DNA of 64,000 bases from contig JBHPFN010000002.1 in NCBI GenBank assembly GCA_042571725.1, positions 14,030 through 78,029 on the forward strand. Reading direction: 5' to 3'. The notes below the pieces were generated by a model. It ran no database searches, had not been told where the DNA came from, and was given only the letters and a program-made list of their open reading frames with translations. Of this stretch, positions 51,382 through 60,531 are shown in pieces. How positions within the stretch are numbered: the stretch's first letter is position 1; each line of letters starts with the position of its first letter. The position numbers and the translations under genes were made by a program. Origin of the DNA: Candidatus Omnitrophota bacterium. GTDB taxonomy: Bacteria > Omnitrophota > Gorgyraeia > VGKH01 > JBHPFN01.

Positions 51382-53940
51382 TTAGGAAACAGGCTGAGGC
51401 GTCAATGCTTCATTATGGTGATTAAAGTAATAGTCAGAATCCGGCACCGCTAATAAAATGCTATCAAAGAATCCTGGTAGCTCTCCCGGCGGTAATGTTG
51501 ATGGGTCAGATGTATCGTAATTGTCTTCGTATTCGTAGATATTACGGTTGTTCCACGGGTCTTCAGAAGCCATATCATGGGGCCACCCAAGAAGGCCATC
51601 GCCTCTGCACAGTTTAGCAACCCCTGCGTGCGTAGGGTATTTGGTGGCAAACGCATCCGGGCCACCTGGGGCGCAGCTGCGCACATGATCCTTGTCAATC
51701 GCTGGCCACTTGTCGTTCGGCCACCCTGCCCATTTGAAGTTGTCGTCCGGCAAGGTTACAAAGGCGCCTACCGTCAGTTTTTGCTTACAGCCAGTCGAGG
51801 GAGGGCACCAGTCTTCCAATACCGTAGGCGGATAGGCTGAATAGCCAATAATCGAGACGTAATATGCATGATCAGCAGTTACGCCCGGTGTCATGGTACC
51901 TGCCATTTCATCTTGCCAGGAAGTAGCAAAATCCCCGTCTCCATCCCAATAGTCGGCAGTCGGCTCCCTGCTACCGATGCAGCCCGGGCCTCCTTGGGTT
52001 TCGTCGCAGTCTAGACTCGGACTATAGTCATCAACTACATATGGCAAGTTGGGATTATGGAGTAAGTTCGGTAGGCCGTCAGGGGCATCTGTTTCGAGCC
52101 GCTGCATTTCACTTAAGAAGGTACTTGATAAGGTATGGGTCGTTTGGGCAGAGATCACCGCAGAGGGTTGCCATTTAGCCCCAGTATTATAGTTCCCAAA
52201 AAGATAGCAGTTTCTCTCGCCAACGGTTGTAAGCGGACCGCTTAGATCTTCTGCGTTGTCAAGTCCAACGTCAAACTCAGAGTAAATAATACCATTGTCC
52301 GGCCAGATATTTACACCGCCTGAACCCAGTTTTCCGAGATCGAGCGTTATCACCTCATCTTTTTTCAACCAGCTGTTAACATCGACGAAAGATTCCGTTG
52401 TAGCGATTGTTACGCCCTTATATGTGTAGTCACCATTTCCATCAGGACAGATTTCGATTTTTGACCCTCCCCCTGTCGGGTTTATCTCCAGCATAGGTTC
52501 TCCTGCGCCGGTGCACTCCAACGGGCCTGCTTCAGCAATATACATGCCGTCGTCTTTAGCCTGATTGCCGTAGGTCTGCGCATTAATCTTAAGAGGACTA
52601 ATATGGTGCGCCTCGGTAAGGCTATCTTTGATTATCCCTGTTAAATTATTCTCGTCAAGCCACGTTGTCCAAGCATCGGTCTGCTCTACAGAATGCAACG
52701 ATTTGCTCAGTGTTGTAATTTTACCGTCTTGAAGTCTTGGCCAATGACACTTAGTAGCTCCACACGGCCTTCCATTCCAGGACTGATGATACACATTATA
52801 GTCCCATGGGTCATCAAGCATGTTTGGTATCTGTATGATAGGGCCTCCATCGGTATTTATATCAGTGTGCAATTCGGTTAATGGTTTTGAACCGTCTGCG
52901 TATATATAATAGTCTTCAATGGTATAAAGCTCCGGGAAGGGGGTATTGCCCGGCGCAAGCAATGCATTTTCCTGAGGGATGTAACAGTTAGAAAAGCTTC
53001 CCATGCAGGGTACATACTCTTGATTAGTAGTTGCTGCCCGAGGATTGCTAGGATTAAATACTGGATAGTCAGGATGCACAGGCGACCCATCGTTGAGCAT
53101 AAAAAGACCTCGTTCCCCTCCAGCGGTAAAACCATCCACCCAGTTATAATGTCGATATTCAGGTTCGGTGATCGGCAGTTCTGTTCTCCAGTCCGGCCGA
53201 TACCAGAATAGTAAATCTTCCCAGGGGGGGGTAGTGGCAGAGATATCATTACCGTCTGCGTCATATCGAGGGGATCCCGCAGGTGGCAGAAACGGCTCGT
53301 TCCCGTACATAATATGTTTTGCGGAAGAGAGCTCTCTAATATCAATAATATCTACGCTATCCCATATCGTGAACACGTCGTTAGTATGCATCCTACCGCC
53401 ATTGGCGTCATAGGTTGTCCAACCAGCGTGTATTCTATAGGGAGTAAACCAGAAATATTCGTAGAGTGAAATAGCTGCTACTTTTGAAGCTAAAAGATAC
53501 GTATGGTCACCGTTGTTGCTTATGCCCCTGGATAAGATAATGAGTTGTTCGTCGATGGGGTCTTCGTAGACCTTAACCGAGAATGTTCCATTGAGGGCTT
53601 CGTATGCACCATGCGGAGATGAGGGGCGGTGCTCAGCAATGGTTGATAACGTAACGTCCAACGGGTCTGCTGTCTCATCGTAGTGCAGCACAGGAGGAAC
53701 CTGGCCAGTAATAACATTATGAGTTTGCCATATCTGTCCATGTTGAAGTATTTCGTAATACGCGCACTCGTATCCCATTTCCGCATTATATTTTGCGCTG
53801 AGCTTGTCGAGATTATATCTCATCACTATAGTTTCATGGACGCTCTTAGAAAATATCGCTGCAGAGAGGATGGTGAGCAGTATGAGGGCAGCGAATGTAG
53901 CCACGAGAAGAAATCCGTTTTGTTGCGTTAGACGTTTCAT
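51382..53940 (-). CDS. Giant PilX-N/GspK-like pseudopilin-family protein, paralog A (no partner pseudopilin upstream)
   Basis: ATG at 53940 lies 9 nt after AAGGAG (the track GTG at 53949 is rejected). N-terminus MKRLTQQNG|FLLVATFAALILLTILSAAIF with no Glu at +5, then ...AEMGYECAYYEIL (PilX_N-like). Shares YVPC.G.F.NCY.PQ, NIWP.NGIIYSE, PLTTV..NCYL.GNYN, QPSAVI, DYWDGDGD and TLPPGELPGFFDSILLAVPDS with three neighbouring paralogs. Confidence 0.8.
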   Translation of the reverse strand: MKRLTQQNGFLLVATFAALILLTILSAAIFSKSVHETIVMRYNLDKLSAKYNAEMGYECAYYEILQHGQIWQTHNVITGQVPPVLHYDETADPLDVTLSTIAEHRPSSPHGAYEALNGTFSVKVYEDPIDEQLIILSRGISNNGDHTYLLASKVAAISLYEYFWFTPYRIHAGWTTYDANGGRMHTNDVFTIWDSVDIIDIRELSSAKHIMYGNEPFLPPAGSPRYDADGNDISATTPPWEDLLFWYRPDWRTELPITEPEYRHYNWVDGFTAGGERGLFMLNDGSPVHPDYPVFNPSNPRAATTNQEYVPCMGSFSNCYIPQENALLAPGNTPFPELYTIEDYYIYADGSKPLTELHTDINTDGGPIIQIPNMLDDPWDYNVYHQSWNGRPCGATKCHWPRLQDGKITTLSKSLHSVEQTDAWTTWLDENNLTGIIKDSLTEAHHISPLKINAQTYGNQAKDDGMYIAEAGPLECTGAGEPMLEINPTGGGSKIEICPDGNGDYTYKGVTIATTESFVDVNSWLKKDEVITLDLGKLGSGGVNIWPDNGIIYSEFDVGLDNAEDLSGPLTTVGERNCYLFGNYNTGAKWQPSAVISAQTTHTLSSTFLSEMQRLETDAPDGLPNLLHNPNLPYVVDDYSPSLDCDETQGGPGCIGSREPTADYWDGDGDFATSWQDEMAGTMTPGVTADHAYYVSIIGYSAYPPTVLEDWCPPSTGCKQKLTVGAFVTLPDDNFKWAGWPNDKWPAIDKDHVRSCAPGGPDAFATKYPTHAGVAKLCRGDGLLGWPHDMASEDPWNNRNIYEYEDNYDTSDPSTLPPGELPGFFDSILLAVPDSDYYFNHHNEALTPQPVS

Positions 53941-54006
53941 CGTAATCACGCTCCTTATAAGTTTATGCGTATGTCCAAGCTCGGTATAACCTAAGCCTGT
54001 TTATAA

Positions 54007-56529
54007 TTAACTAGCGCTCGGACTCAGCTCTGGCGCATGGTGGTTAAAATAGTGTTCGCTATCCGGCACTGTTAAGCGAATGCTCTCAAAGTATCCCGGC
54101 AGTTCTCCGGGCGGTACTTTTTCCGGATCTGTTATATCATAGCGATCTTCGTATCGAAAGATATTACGGTCAGGGTGCGGTTTCATATAAGTCCAAGACC
54201 CGCCCCGCTCAGCGCCTCTGCACTTGTGTTGCGCTACTGCCTCAGGGTAGGCTTCAGCAAATTCCTCATCGTTGCAAAAGCGGAAATTTGTATAGTGCCA
54301 CGTATTATCAGGGTGTCGGTGCCGGAAGTTGTCTGCTTCCAAAGTAACAAAGGAGCCCACCATCTGCCGCTCGAAATTTCTCCAGTCTTCTAATAAAATC
54401 GGTGGGTTTCCCAGGTAGCTGACAATAGAAACGTAATATTCGTGGTCAGAGGTTACCTCCGGGGTCATTGTGTTTGCCATTTCGTGTTGCCAATGAGTAG
54501 CATCGTTATCATCTCCATCCCAATAGTCTGCCTCTGGACCAGTACCACCTGTACAGCCGTCTCCTCCCTGATCTTCGTGGCATGGCAGGGTCGTATAATA
54601 TCCGTCAGCAGCATAGGGGGTATTAGGATTATTTAGAAAGTTCGGCAAGCCATTAGGCGCTTCGGTTCTAAGCCGTTCCATTTGTTCTATAAATGTTTCT
54701 GAGAAGGTATAGGGGTGTTTTGCGGTGATTACCGCAGATGGCTTCCAGGCCTCCTCGCTATCACTATTATAATTTCCGAAAAGATAGCAGTTTTCTTTGG
54801 AAACGGTAGTAAGGGGCTCAGCGAGAATCTCTGCATTGTCTAAGCCAACATTGTACTCAGAGTAAATAATGCCGTTACCTGGCCAGGCATCCACAGTGCC
54901 TAAGGCTTCAAGGTCGAGCTTCACCATATGTTCTTCGCGCACGGTTCTCACATCGATAAAAGAGTAACGTTCTGCAATAGCTTGGCCGCCATATTGATAC
55001 GTGCCGTTTTCTTCAGGGCAAATGATCTCTGCGCCTCTTTGAATTACTGGTATTTCATCTTCTCCGTAATGTTCCGCGCACTCACCGCTACTTAAATTTA
55101 CCGTCCTAATATACATACCGTGGTTAATAGCCTGATCAACATAGGTCCGATTATTGATTCTAATGGGAGTGATATGTTCTGCACCGGTATTTTTGTCTTT
55201 GAGGATATTATATAAGCTATTGTCATTGAGCCAGGATTCCCAGGCAGCCTTCTGTTCTGTGGAATGCAGTGCTTTGGTAGGTACTGTAACGGAACCAGAT
55301 TGAGGGTTAGGGTAGTAAACCGTTCCGTTTGGAGTCCACTGTCCATTTGATGACAGATTAAACAGATCGTAGTCCCATTGCTGATTAAGCATGTTGGGAA
55401 TCTGAATATCTTCACCTTCTCTGTCGCCTATATATGGCTTTATCTTTGCGTGCTGGTGATGTAATACCGTTTCATCTGCGTCCTCTCCGTAGATATAATA
55501 GTTTTGCACAGTGTAGAGCTTTTGATTAATCAGGTGTTCCGGGTGGCCGTGCGCGAGTACTTCATTTGCCTCAGGCAGATAACAGTTATTAAACTCTCCT
55601 TCGCAGGGTACATAGATTTGATTAGTGGTTGGTGCCGGTGGATCCTCAGGATTATATGCAGGATAGTCCGGATTCGACCCATCGTTATACATATACAGTT
55701 TATATTGCATTCCCCCTGCGAGAGAACCGTCATTTCTGTTGTAGTGTTGATTTCTATCGAGGGGTTGAGCAGAAACAAAGGGCGGTCGCCGATTCCAATA
55801 TATTTCTTCCCAGGTAGGGGTTTCGTGAGAAACGTCAATCCCGTGCGCATCATACCGTGGAGAGCCCGGAGGCGGTACAAATGCACCGTGCGAGTAGGAG
55901 ATGTGTTTTCCTGCGGAGAGCTCCGCAATCTCATAAAATCGTGCATTGTTTTGAAAAAGCAATTCGTCGTTTGTGTGCATCTTGGCACCACTCGCTTGAT
56001 AGGTGGTTGAGCTTACAGCCCATTTATAAGGGGTGAATCTGAAGTATTCGTAGAGTGAGGCTGCCGCTACTTTTGCAGCTAACAAATAGGTGTAGTTGCC
56101 ATCTTCACTTGTGCCTCGGGAGAGGATGATGAGCTGGTGGTCAACAGGATCCATGTATACCTTGACCAAAAACCTTCCATTGAGTGCCTTGTATCCTTCC
56201 GCGGGGTCGTGTTCAGCAATATGCGAGAGTTTAACATCTAACGGGTCCACGATGTCTTCGTTGAGCAGTAACAATGGATCGCCTGGGCTTTGTTCGGCGT
56301 TGAGATAATGAGTCTGCCATTGCGAACCATGCCGCAGTATCTCATAATAGGCGCACTCGAATCCTTTTTCCGCATAATATTTTGCGCTGAGCTTGCCGAG
56401 ATTGCGCTTCATCGTAGTATTTTCGTGGACACTTTTGGCAAATATCGCTGCAGAGAGGATGATTAATAGTATGAGGGCAGCGAACGTAGTCAGCAGTAAA
56501 AAACCATTTTGTTGCGTTAGCCGTTTCAT
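54007..56529 (-). CDS. Giant PilX-N/GspK-like pseudopilin-family protein, paralog B
   Basis: ATG at 56529 after AAAGGAG. The N-terminal 70 aa are nearly identical to paralog A, and the DNA at 56440-56529 closely matches 53850-53940. Confidence 0.8.
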   Translation of the reverse strand: MKRLTQQNGFLLLTTFAALILLIILSAAIFAKSVHENTTMKRNLGKLSAKYYAEKGFECAYYEILRHGSQWQTHYLNAEQSPGDPLLLLNEDIVDPLDVKLSHIAEHDPAEGYKALNGRFLVKVYMDPVDHQLIILSRGTSEDGNYTYLLAAKVAAASLYEYFRFTPYKWAVSSTTYQASGAKMHTNDELLFQNNARFYEIAELSAGKHISYSHGAFVPPPGSPRYDAHGIDVSHETPTWEEIYWNRRPPFVSAQPLDRNQHYNRNDGSLAGGMQYKLYMYNDGSNPDYPAYNPEDPPAPTTNQIYVPCEGEFNNCYLPEANEVLAHGHPEHLINQKLYTVQNYYIYGEDADETVLHHQHAKIKPYIGDREGEDIQIPNMLNQQWDYDLFNLSSNGQWTPNGTVYYPNPQSGSVTVPTKALHSTEQKAAWESWLNDNSLYNILKDKNTGAEHITPIRINNRTYVDQAINHGMYIRTVNLSSGECAEHYGEDEIPVIQRGAEIICPEENGTYQYGGQAIAERYSFIDVRTVREEHMVKLDLEALGTVDAWPGNGIIYSEYNVGLDNAEILAEPLTTVSKENCYLFGNYNSDSEEAWKPSAVITAKHPYTFSETFIEQMERLRTEAPNGLPNFLNNPNTPYAADGYYTTLPCHEDQGGDGCTGGTGPEADYWDGDDNDATHWQHEMANTMTPEVTSDHEYYVSIVSYLGNPPILLEDWRNFERQMVGSFVTLEADNFRHRHPDNTWHYTNFRFCNDEEFAEAYPEAVAQHKCRGAERGGSWTYMKPHPDRNIFRYEDRYDITDPEKVPPGELPGYFESIRLTVPDSEHYFNHHAPELSPSAS

Positions 56530-56562
56530 CGTAATCACGCTCCTTTGTAGCAGCAAGGCCTG

Positions 56563-57324
56563 CTAGTTTCTTAATGCGACTGAAGAAGTAAGAACCAAAG
56601 AAAAAACTCCTCCTAATATCGATGACTTTGATGCCGTAACGGTTATAGTAATAAAATCAGGGTTTTCATCTTTTGGATTTCCTTCTTGGTCGAAACCTTC
56701 CAATACCATACTTTCAATATTATCAGCGATTACGGTTATATTGTAGTCTCCTTCGCCGCCGAGCTCTTGTGCAAAGGCAGTGCCTAAGAAAAACTTCTTG
56801 AGAAACGACATCCAACAGTCGATAGGACAGTTGAAAGGGTCTTCAGGCGCAACGCAATCATCATCGCCGCAGTCGTCCTGCGTGGTTGTATCTCTTATCC
56901 TTACCAGCCTCCCCAGGTGGGTAGGTGAGAAGTTTGATGAAGGAACAAGATAGATAATATCGTTGTTCAAAAAGTTATCGCCCCCCCACTTAAGTTGTCC
57001 GGCAGGGTCTTCCAGGAAGTAGGAGCCTGCATGATCATGAGCAGTGGTTTGAGGAGTTTGAAATCTGACAAGATTGCCACTACACGGATTCCCGGGTACA
57101 TCAACGCACGCTTGAATTGTTACACGACTCGGTTCAGATTTTTCTAACTCCATAATAAGCTTCTCCAGGCCAAAGCGCGCCTTCTGTTGTAGTTCAACAT
57201 TGATTGAGCTTCTTATCCAGGTGTTTCGTCCGATAATCACCACTCCAGCGACGATGCCAATCAAAAAGGCCCCCACTATTATTGTTGCGAGCGCTTCCGC
57301 TACGGTAAATGCCTTCTTATTCAT
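56563..57324 (-). CDS. GspJ/PilW-like pseudopilin with an internal Cys-rich insert
   Basis: I prefer the ATG at 57324. MNKKA|FTVAEALATIIVGAFLIG has Phe at +1 and Glu at +5 but Ala at -1. C-terminal SSVALRN. The insert DDCGDDDCVAPEDPFNCPIDC is at about 56812-56877. Confidence 0.8.
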   Translation of the reverse strand: MNKKAFTVAEALATIIVGAFLIGIVAGVVIIGRNTWIRSSINVELQQKARFGLEKLIMELEKSEPSRVTIQACVDVPGNPCSGNLVRFQTPQTTAHDHAGSYFLEDPAGQLKWGGDNFLNNDIIYLVPSSNFSPTHLGRLVRIRDTTTQDDCGDDDCVAPEDPFNCPIDCWMSFLKKFFLGTAFAQELGGEGDYNITVIADNIESMVLEGFDQEGNPKDENPDFITITVTASKSSILGGVFSLVLTSSVALRN

Positions 57325-57346
57325 GCTTTTTCTTTCCTTTTCACCT

Positions 57347-59836
57347 TTACCCCCCGCTGGGGACAACCGGACTATATTCTGGCAAGTGGTAAGTAAAAGC
57401 GTGTTCAGTATCCGGTACAGCTAATAATATCGTATCAAAGAAACCCGGCAGCTCTCCGGGTGGCAAAGTAGCTGGATCAGTGACATCGTAGGTGTCCTCA
57501 TATTCGAACGAGTTGGCGTCTCCTACTGGTAATATGCCAGTCAGGTACGGGCTAGGCCAGCCGGGGTATTGCGAGGCGCGACAGGGTGCGCCAGGATAGT
57601 TTTCGTCTATGTATGCGCATGTGCGTGCTTTATCCCAGTCTAAATTCGGCCAGGATGAATTGGGCGCTTCCTGCCAGTCAAAGTTATCCTCCGGCAAATT
57701 GATAAAGGCTCCTCGTACATTTCTTGAATAGCAACTACCCTGTTGACCTTCAGGGTCAGGGCACCACCGTTCCAATACATGAGGCGGATAGGCTGCCCAG
57801 CCGATAATAGAGACGTTATAATTATAGTCTTGATCTACCGCGGGTACTCTTGTCGCCTCTGGCGCTTCATCCTGCCAATCAGTATTAGGGTCACCATCAC
57901 CGTCCCAATACGGTTCTTCTGGGTTCGCTGGATCATAGCCATTGAGTTCATAAGGGTAATTAGGGTTATTTAAGGTGGTAGGCAGGCCGCCAGGGGCAGC
58001 AGCTTCGGCCGCATGGGTATTGGCAAAGAAATTTTCTGAGAGCGTATAGACTCTTTCAGGTGATATTACTGCCGAAGGCTGATAGCCGCTACTGTTATAA
58101 TTGCCCACAAGGTAGGCATTCTTATAGGAAACAGTAGTAAGGGGGTCCTCGAGAAACGATGCATTGGTCAAGGCGATGTTTTCCTCAGAGTAAATCAGGC
58201 CATTCTCAGGCCATATATTAGCGTAGCTTGAATTTATTTTTTCAAGATCAAGCTTAATGACCTCTTTCTCCAGGAGACTGTTTACATCAATAAAAGTATC
58301 GATTGCAGCAACCTCAACACCATTAAATTCATACTTTCCGCCCTTAGGGCAGATTATTTTTGTTCCGGATTTTGTAGTTGACCTTATTGCGAGTGCATTA
58401 TCTGTACACGATTTGTCTGGCGCAATATACATACCCAAAGCCAGGGCTTTATTAAAGTAGGTCTGCGCATTGATTTTAAGAGGAGAGATATGGTGTGCAC
58501 CGGAATTCTTATCTTTTACTACTTCTAATAAGTTATTGGTATCGCGGAAAAACTCCCAGGCTGCACGCTGCTTCACCGTATGAAAAGTGTTTACTTCTAT
58601 TGTAACCGGAGGATCATCAGGATTTGGGTAGTAAACTGTGCCTACCGGAGACCATCTTCCGCCGGATGATTCGTGGTATAAATCCCAGTCCCATTCGTTT
58701 TCAAGACCCTCAAAAAGATTAGGGATTACTACTTCCTCAGCGACGTTGAGCGGCTTGATTCGACAAAAGCCGCGGCGTTCCTCCCACACAGCTAATTCCT
58801 CACCATATATTGGATAGTCAATATATTTATACAGGTCGGAGTTCTTTTTAAGATGTCCTGCTGCCAGTTCCTCGTTTAACTGAGGCAGGTAGCACTTGTT
58901 AGCAAATGTACCCGCTTCTGTGCCTTGGCAGGGTACATACATCTCATTGCCTTCACCCGCAGGCACTTTGTTATCATAATCGGGGTTTTCCATATATAAT
59001 CCCCTCTCCATGCCGCTGACTACCCCGTCGGCTTTATTAAAATATTGATTTTCATCAAGGTTCATCGGGGTTTGCCAGGGATCGCGCATCCAGTATATGA
59101 TCTCTTCCCAGGGGGGCGCGCCAGAGACTTCATTTCCATCCGAGTCATATCGTTTAGCTCCCGGAGGCGGTAAAAACGTCTGTTGATGATAGGCGATGTG
59201 GCCTGCTGCAGAGAGTTCTGCGATATCAAGAAACTTGTTGCCATCAGCGATTATTATGTTTTTGTTGGTATGTATCTTGCCGCCATTGGCTTGAAAGGTG
59301 GTCCACCACGGGAATATTGTCTCAGGGGTAAACCAGAAATGAGAATAGAGCGATGCAGCTGCAACTTTATTCACGAGAAGATAGGTAGCGTTGCCATTAT
59401 CACTTATTCCCCTGGAGAGGATGATAAATTGATCGTCAGCCGGATCTTGATATACCTTGACAAAAAAATCTCCTGTTTTTGATTGATATGTGCCAGCAGT
59501 TGCATCATATTCAGCGACGTCTTGGAGTATCACATCGAGGTCGTAGCCGGCTTGGACATCCGCCATGTTGTGAAGAAGGTAAGGATCGCTGGGGAGTCTC
59601 TCTGGATCAAGCAGGTGCGTTACCCAATCAGATCCGTGGAACGTTAGTTCATAATAGGCGCATTCATATCCCATTTCAGCATTATATACCGCTGTGAGCT
59701 TGCGCAAATTTCTTTTCACCATTGCATTTCCCTGAACGCTTCTGGAAAATATCGCAGTAGAAAGCATAGTGAGTGCGACAAGAGCTATAAGCACGCCTAT
59801 GAGAAGAAAGCCTTTTTTTTCAGAACGTTGTTTCAT
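57347..59836 (-). CDS. Giant PilX-N/GspK-like pseudopilin-family protein, paralog C
   Basis: I prefer the ATG at 59836 (MKQRSEKKG|FLLIGVLIALVAL...). Same conserved motif set as A and B, including ...TLPPGELPGFFDTILLAVPDT. Confidence 0.8.
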   Translation of the reverse strand: MKQRSEKKGFLLIGVLIALVALTMLSTAIFSRSVQGNAMVKRNLRKLTAVYNAEMGYECAYYELTFHGSDWVTHLLDPERLPSDPYLLHNMADVQAGYDLDVILQDVAEYDATAGTYQSKTGDFFVKVYQDPADDQFIILSRGISDNGNATYLLVNKVAAASLYSHFWFTPETIFPWWTTFQANGGKIHTNKNIIIADGNKFLDIAELSAAGHIAYHQQTFLPPPGAKRYDSDGNEVSGAPPWEEIIYWMRDPWQTPMNLDENQYFNKADGVVSGMERGLYMENPDYDNKVPAGEGNEMYVPCQGTEAGTFANKCYLPQLNEELAAGHLKKNSDLYKYIDYPIYGEELAVWEERRGFCRIKPLNVAEEVVIPNLFEGLENEWDWDLYHESSGGRWSPVGTVYYPNPDDPPVTIEVNTFHTVKQRAAWEFFRDTNNLLEVVKDKNSGAHHISPLKINAQTYFNKALALGMYIAPDKSCTDNALAIRSTTKSGTKIICPKGGKYEFNGVEVAAIDTFIDVNSLLEKEVIKLDLEKINSSYANIWPENGLIYSEENIALTNASFLEDPLTTVSYKNAYLVGNYNSSGYQPSAVISPERVYTLSENFFANTHAAEAAAPGGLPTTLNNPNYPYELNGYDPANPEEPYWDGDGDPNTDWQDEAPEATRVPAVDQDYNYNVSIIGWAAYPPHVLERWCPDPEGQQGSCYSRNVRGAFINLPEDNFDWQEAPNSSWPNLDWDKARTCAYIDENYPGAPCRASQYPGWPSPYLTGILPVGDANSFEYEDTYDVTDPATLPPGELPGFFDTILLAVPDTEHAFTYHLPEYSPVVPSGG

Positions 59837-59869
59837 GAACATCATATCCTTCGCAGGTAGAGCCCCCGG

Positions 59870-60526
59870 CTAGTTCCTCAACGAAACTGAAGAAGAGAGG
59901 TTAAACCTAAACGCCTCTCCGATATGCGATGGCTTCTCTACCAGAACAGTAATCTCTACATAATCAGGATTTTCTTGTGTATCTTCGCCAGCATAATCAT
60001 AGCCTAGAAATCCTATGGCACTAACACGGTCAGCGATTACGGTGATAGCGTAATCGTCTTCATTCTCAAACTCAACTGCTACGCCTTCTTTTTTGACCAT
60101 TCTTACCAGCCTACCTTGGTGCTCAGAAGAAAAGTTGCTACGAGGCACCATGTAGATAGTCTCCTCGTTTAATCTGCCATCAGCTCCCCATTTGATTTCT
60201 CCGGCAGGATCTTCCAGAAAATACGTTCCTGCAATAGGGTCGTCGGTTACTTGGGGGGTTTGAAATCTAATCAATTGTCCTACACAGGTATCATCCATTT
60301 CATTTATGCACGCTTGGATAGATGCATAGCTTGCGTCAGATCTCCTTAATTCCATCCCTAGTTTTTCCAGGCAATGGTGTGCCTTCTGCTGCAGTTCAAT
60401 AGAGGCAGAATTTCTTATCCAGGTGTTTCGTCCGACAAACACCGTTCCAGCGACGACGCCAAGTAAGAAAGCTCCAATCATTATTGTTACGAGCATTTCC
60501 GATACGGTAAATGCTTTTTTATCCAT
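59870..60526 (-). CDS. GspJ/PilW-like pseudopilin (shortest paralog, no insert)
   Basis: MDKKA|FTVSEMLVTIMIGAFLLG, C-terminal SSVSLRN. It starts 5 nt downstream of the stop of paralog D. Confidence 0.8.
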   Translation of the reverse strand: MDKKAFTVSEMLVTIMIGAFLLGVVAGTVFVGRNTWIRNSASIELQQKAHHCLEKLGMELRRSDASYASIQACINEMDDTCVGQLIRFQTPQVTDDPIAGTYFLEDPAGEIKWGADGRLNEETIYMVPRSNFSSEHQGRLVRMVKKEGVAVEFENEDDYAITVIADRVSAIGFLGYDYAGEDTQENPDYVEITVLVEKPSHIGEAFRFNLSSSVSLRN

Positions 60527-60531
60527 CGTTT

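Noticed and set aside
52878-56010. Antisense and alternate-frame ORFs inside the giant genes (52878-53345, 55504-56010, 55530-55991, 55098-55415 and others)
   Set aside because: They lie entirely inside long, paralog-conserved minus-strand CDSs. They are not conserved between the paralogs in their own frames and have no RBS.
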